In this document: positions 62,077 through 64,000 of the stretch, piece by piece | Layout of the letters: every line of letters starts with the position of its first letter | Position numbering within the stretch: position 1 is the first letter of the stretch | Assembly: GCA_030141605.1 (NCBI GenBank) | Contig: JAQGDQ010000215.1 | Coordinates: forward strand, 248,001 to 312,000 | Length of the DNA stretch: 64,000 nucleotides | Origin: Tubiluchus corallicola | Taxonomy: Eukaryota > Animalia > Priapulida | Direction of reading: 5' to 3' | Translations under genes and position numbers: made by a program | The notes under the pieces: generated by a model | What the model saw: the letters and a program-made list of their open reading frames with translations, nothing else | What the model was told of the DNA's origin: nothing | Databases searched by the model: none

Positions 62077-64000
62077 TTTAAAAAACTTGCTTTGTACAAT
62101 ATATACACACATATATATATATATATACATGCAAGACGTCTACTTGCACGCTGATAATTCTGCACTGCATCATGATATAAGAGTATATATAAAACACCTG
62201 AACACCTAATATATAGATGCAACAAAGTAGACGCTAACCGAAGAAAACACCTATTAGAAAAACCCTGCAGGGGAAAACATAAACAGTGTATATTTTTTGA
62301 AAAATAATAAGATGCATTAAATAAAAAGCTCTAGTTAATTTTGCGACGGTTTTATCGTATCAGTTTGTAAAAGGACGTAAAAGGGTTAAATGCATATTAC
62401 AATGTAAATTTTAGTTCGCGCACACATGTGTATATATATTTATATACATGTATAACTCAGGCATAATTTATCCTGGTTAAATCGTAAGTTTAGCAAAAGT
62501 CTTTGTAAGTAAAGCGTGCATGTAGAAAAGTTTGTCATTTTTAATACTTTCCCAATAGAGTCATCTAAATAATCTCAGTGAACGAATTCTGTTATTACGA
62601 ACCTTAATTATTATAAATAATTGCTAAAATGTTTTATAAGCAAGTTTATGGTACATGTATTAAGGACATAATTGAGATGTGGGTAAAGTGCTAGCGAGTC
62701 ACGCCCACTCATTACTTACTATTTACCTGTAATACTTCCACATTTCAGAAACGACGGCGATCTAATGTTTGAATTTGTTTGTTATAGCCGAACTTTGAAC
62801 TTTATTTGGTTCCATCAGGATGGCGACAGGAAATGTGTAAAATCGTACAAAAGATGGCGCCAGCAAGCAATGGTGTTACAACGTCATTTTCCGCCCTCAC
62901 CTATACCCCAGAGCTTTAGATTGTTTGCTAACAAAACGCATGCAAATGTTTTCTGAGTTCTGGTAGCTCAATTTAAAATGGTCTCTCTATATTCTAACGC
63001 TATTGCTTAATCATTCAAATCACATATCTTTTATATTTATATTCATAAACAAATTTATATTCCTTGAAGTTCTTTTGAATCAAACCACCACGATAGAAAC
63101 CTGGTGACTGAGAATTGGTATGTCTTTCAGTTAAACTGGGCAACGGTCTTCTGTTGGCAGTCTCGTGAGGCAATGGAATATACGTGTTGGTGGTTTTTGT
63201 AATGACGTCTGTTGCTGTCTCTAGAAGAGTAGTATGTGCAGGATTGAAAATGTGGAACCCCACTGTTTGAATTCATCTTTGGCAAAGTACATCTCAAAAT
63301 TCTTTTGTTTGAGTTGCTGGTTTTCCTTGTATTTTTGTTGTCTAAAAACAACAAAGAAAAAAGCTTAATGCAAATTATCAATGTTTCTGACAAATAAACA
63401 AACTGGGGATTTTGCACACTTGGCCATCTGACTTTGTTAGTTGCTTATCGTAGACGACAAAAATACACCTAAACGACAGCAATAGTCACACTGCAGCAAC
63501 TTCTTAAAACTAGTTGCCTAGCAGTTTTTGACATATGATACTGAAATTGTAGCTTTTGTTTGTAAATTTCTATTCGACTGTTTTAACAAAATAATGTATT
63601 TATAATTATTTACTACCATAAGAAATGCATATTATCTATCAACTACAGCAATTGCTTATAGTCAGGTTTAAATTAAATATTTATGTCATAAGAATCTATT
63701 TTAAATTTTGTGATGTGTAGCTGTCGTTTATTTTAATATATTAGTTTGTATTTTTTTTATATTTTTGTTACGGCCTCCTATACGTCTCTCTAGATGTTGT
63801 CATGTTTGTTATGCTGTGTTGTTATGTTTTTTGTATGCCAATAAATCTCTAAATTTCTATATCAGAAGACAATTAAATTGTCAGAAATTGTGTAGTTACT
63901 AGTTCAAAGGTTAAAGTAGGCGTTGAGAGGTTAAATCGTTAATTTCGTAATTTTTTTTTGCAGTTGGATGCGCCATTGTTGAATTGTTGGATGCACCATT

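Noticed and set aside
61780-62225. Poly-Asp/Met/Ile/Ser ORFs
   Set aside because: (GAT)n microsatellite with no exon context.

Overview
AT-rich invertebrate (metazoan) nuclear DNA with spliced genes. I assembled these by hand from GT-AG boundaries. Left to right: (1) the first coding exon of a tweety (TTYH) gene on the - strand, with the remaining exons not found in the window; (2) head-to-head with it, a complete 8-exon mu-crystallin/ketimine reductase (CRYM) gene; (3) a 5-exon, 5'-incomplete gene for an atypical pentraxin/LamG-fold protein, with a 5S-rRNA-derived retrocopy in its last intron; (4) a ~15 kb A-X-A-X-A tandem duplication (29722-44874); (5) a complete 20-exon cramped/CRAMP1 gene on the - strand. 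Each X unit of the duplication holds a captured 0.3 kb piece of the CRYM gene, a decayed Polinton/adintovirus-type DNA polymerase B relic and an intact 2-exon gene for a VLR-like protein (signal peptide, LRRs, Cys cap, stalk, hydrophobic tail). The two LRR paralogs differ mostly by amino-acid-changing substitutions clustered around the LRR beta-strands, while their intron is nearly identical. The middle A copy is interrupted by a dead L2/CR1-group LINE. Introns and spacers contain many MITEs (hAT, Kolobok, piggyBac, Tc1/mariner, PIF-like), minisatellites and trinucleotide microsatellites. The best candidate for something new is the recombination-prone, apparently diversifying LRR receptor cassette next to the pentraxin gene. 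All family assignments come from recalled motifs, not database searches, and all counts are by hand.
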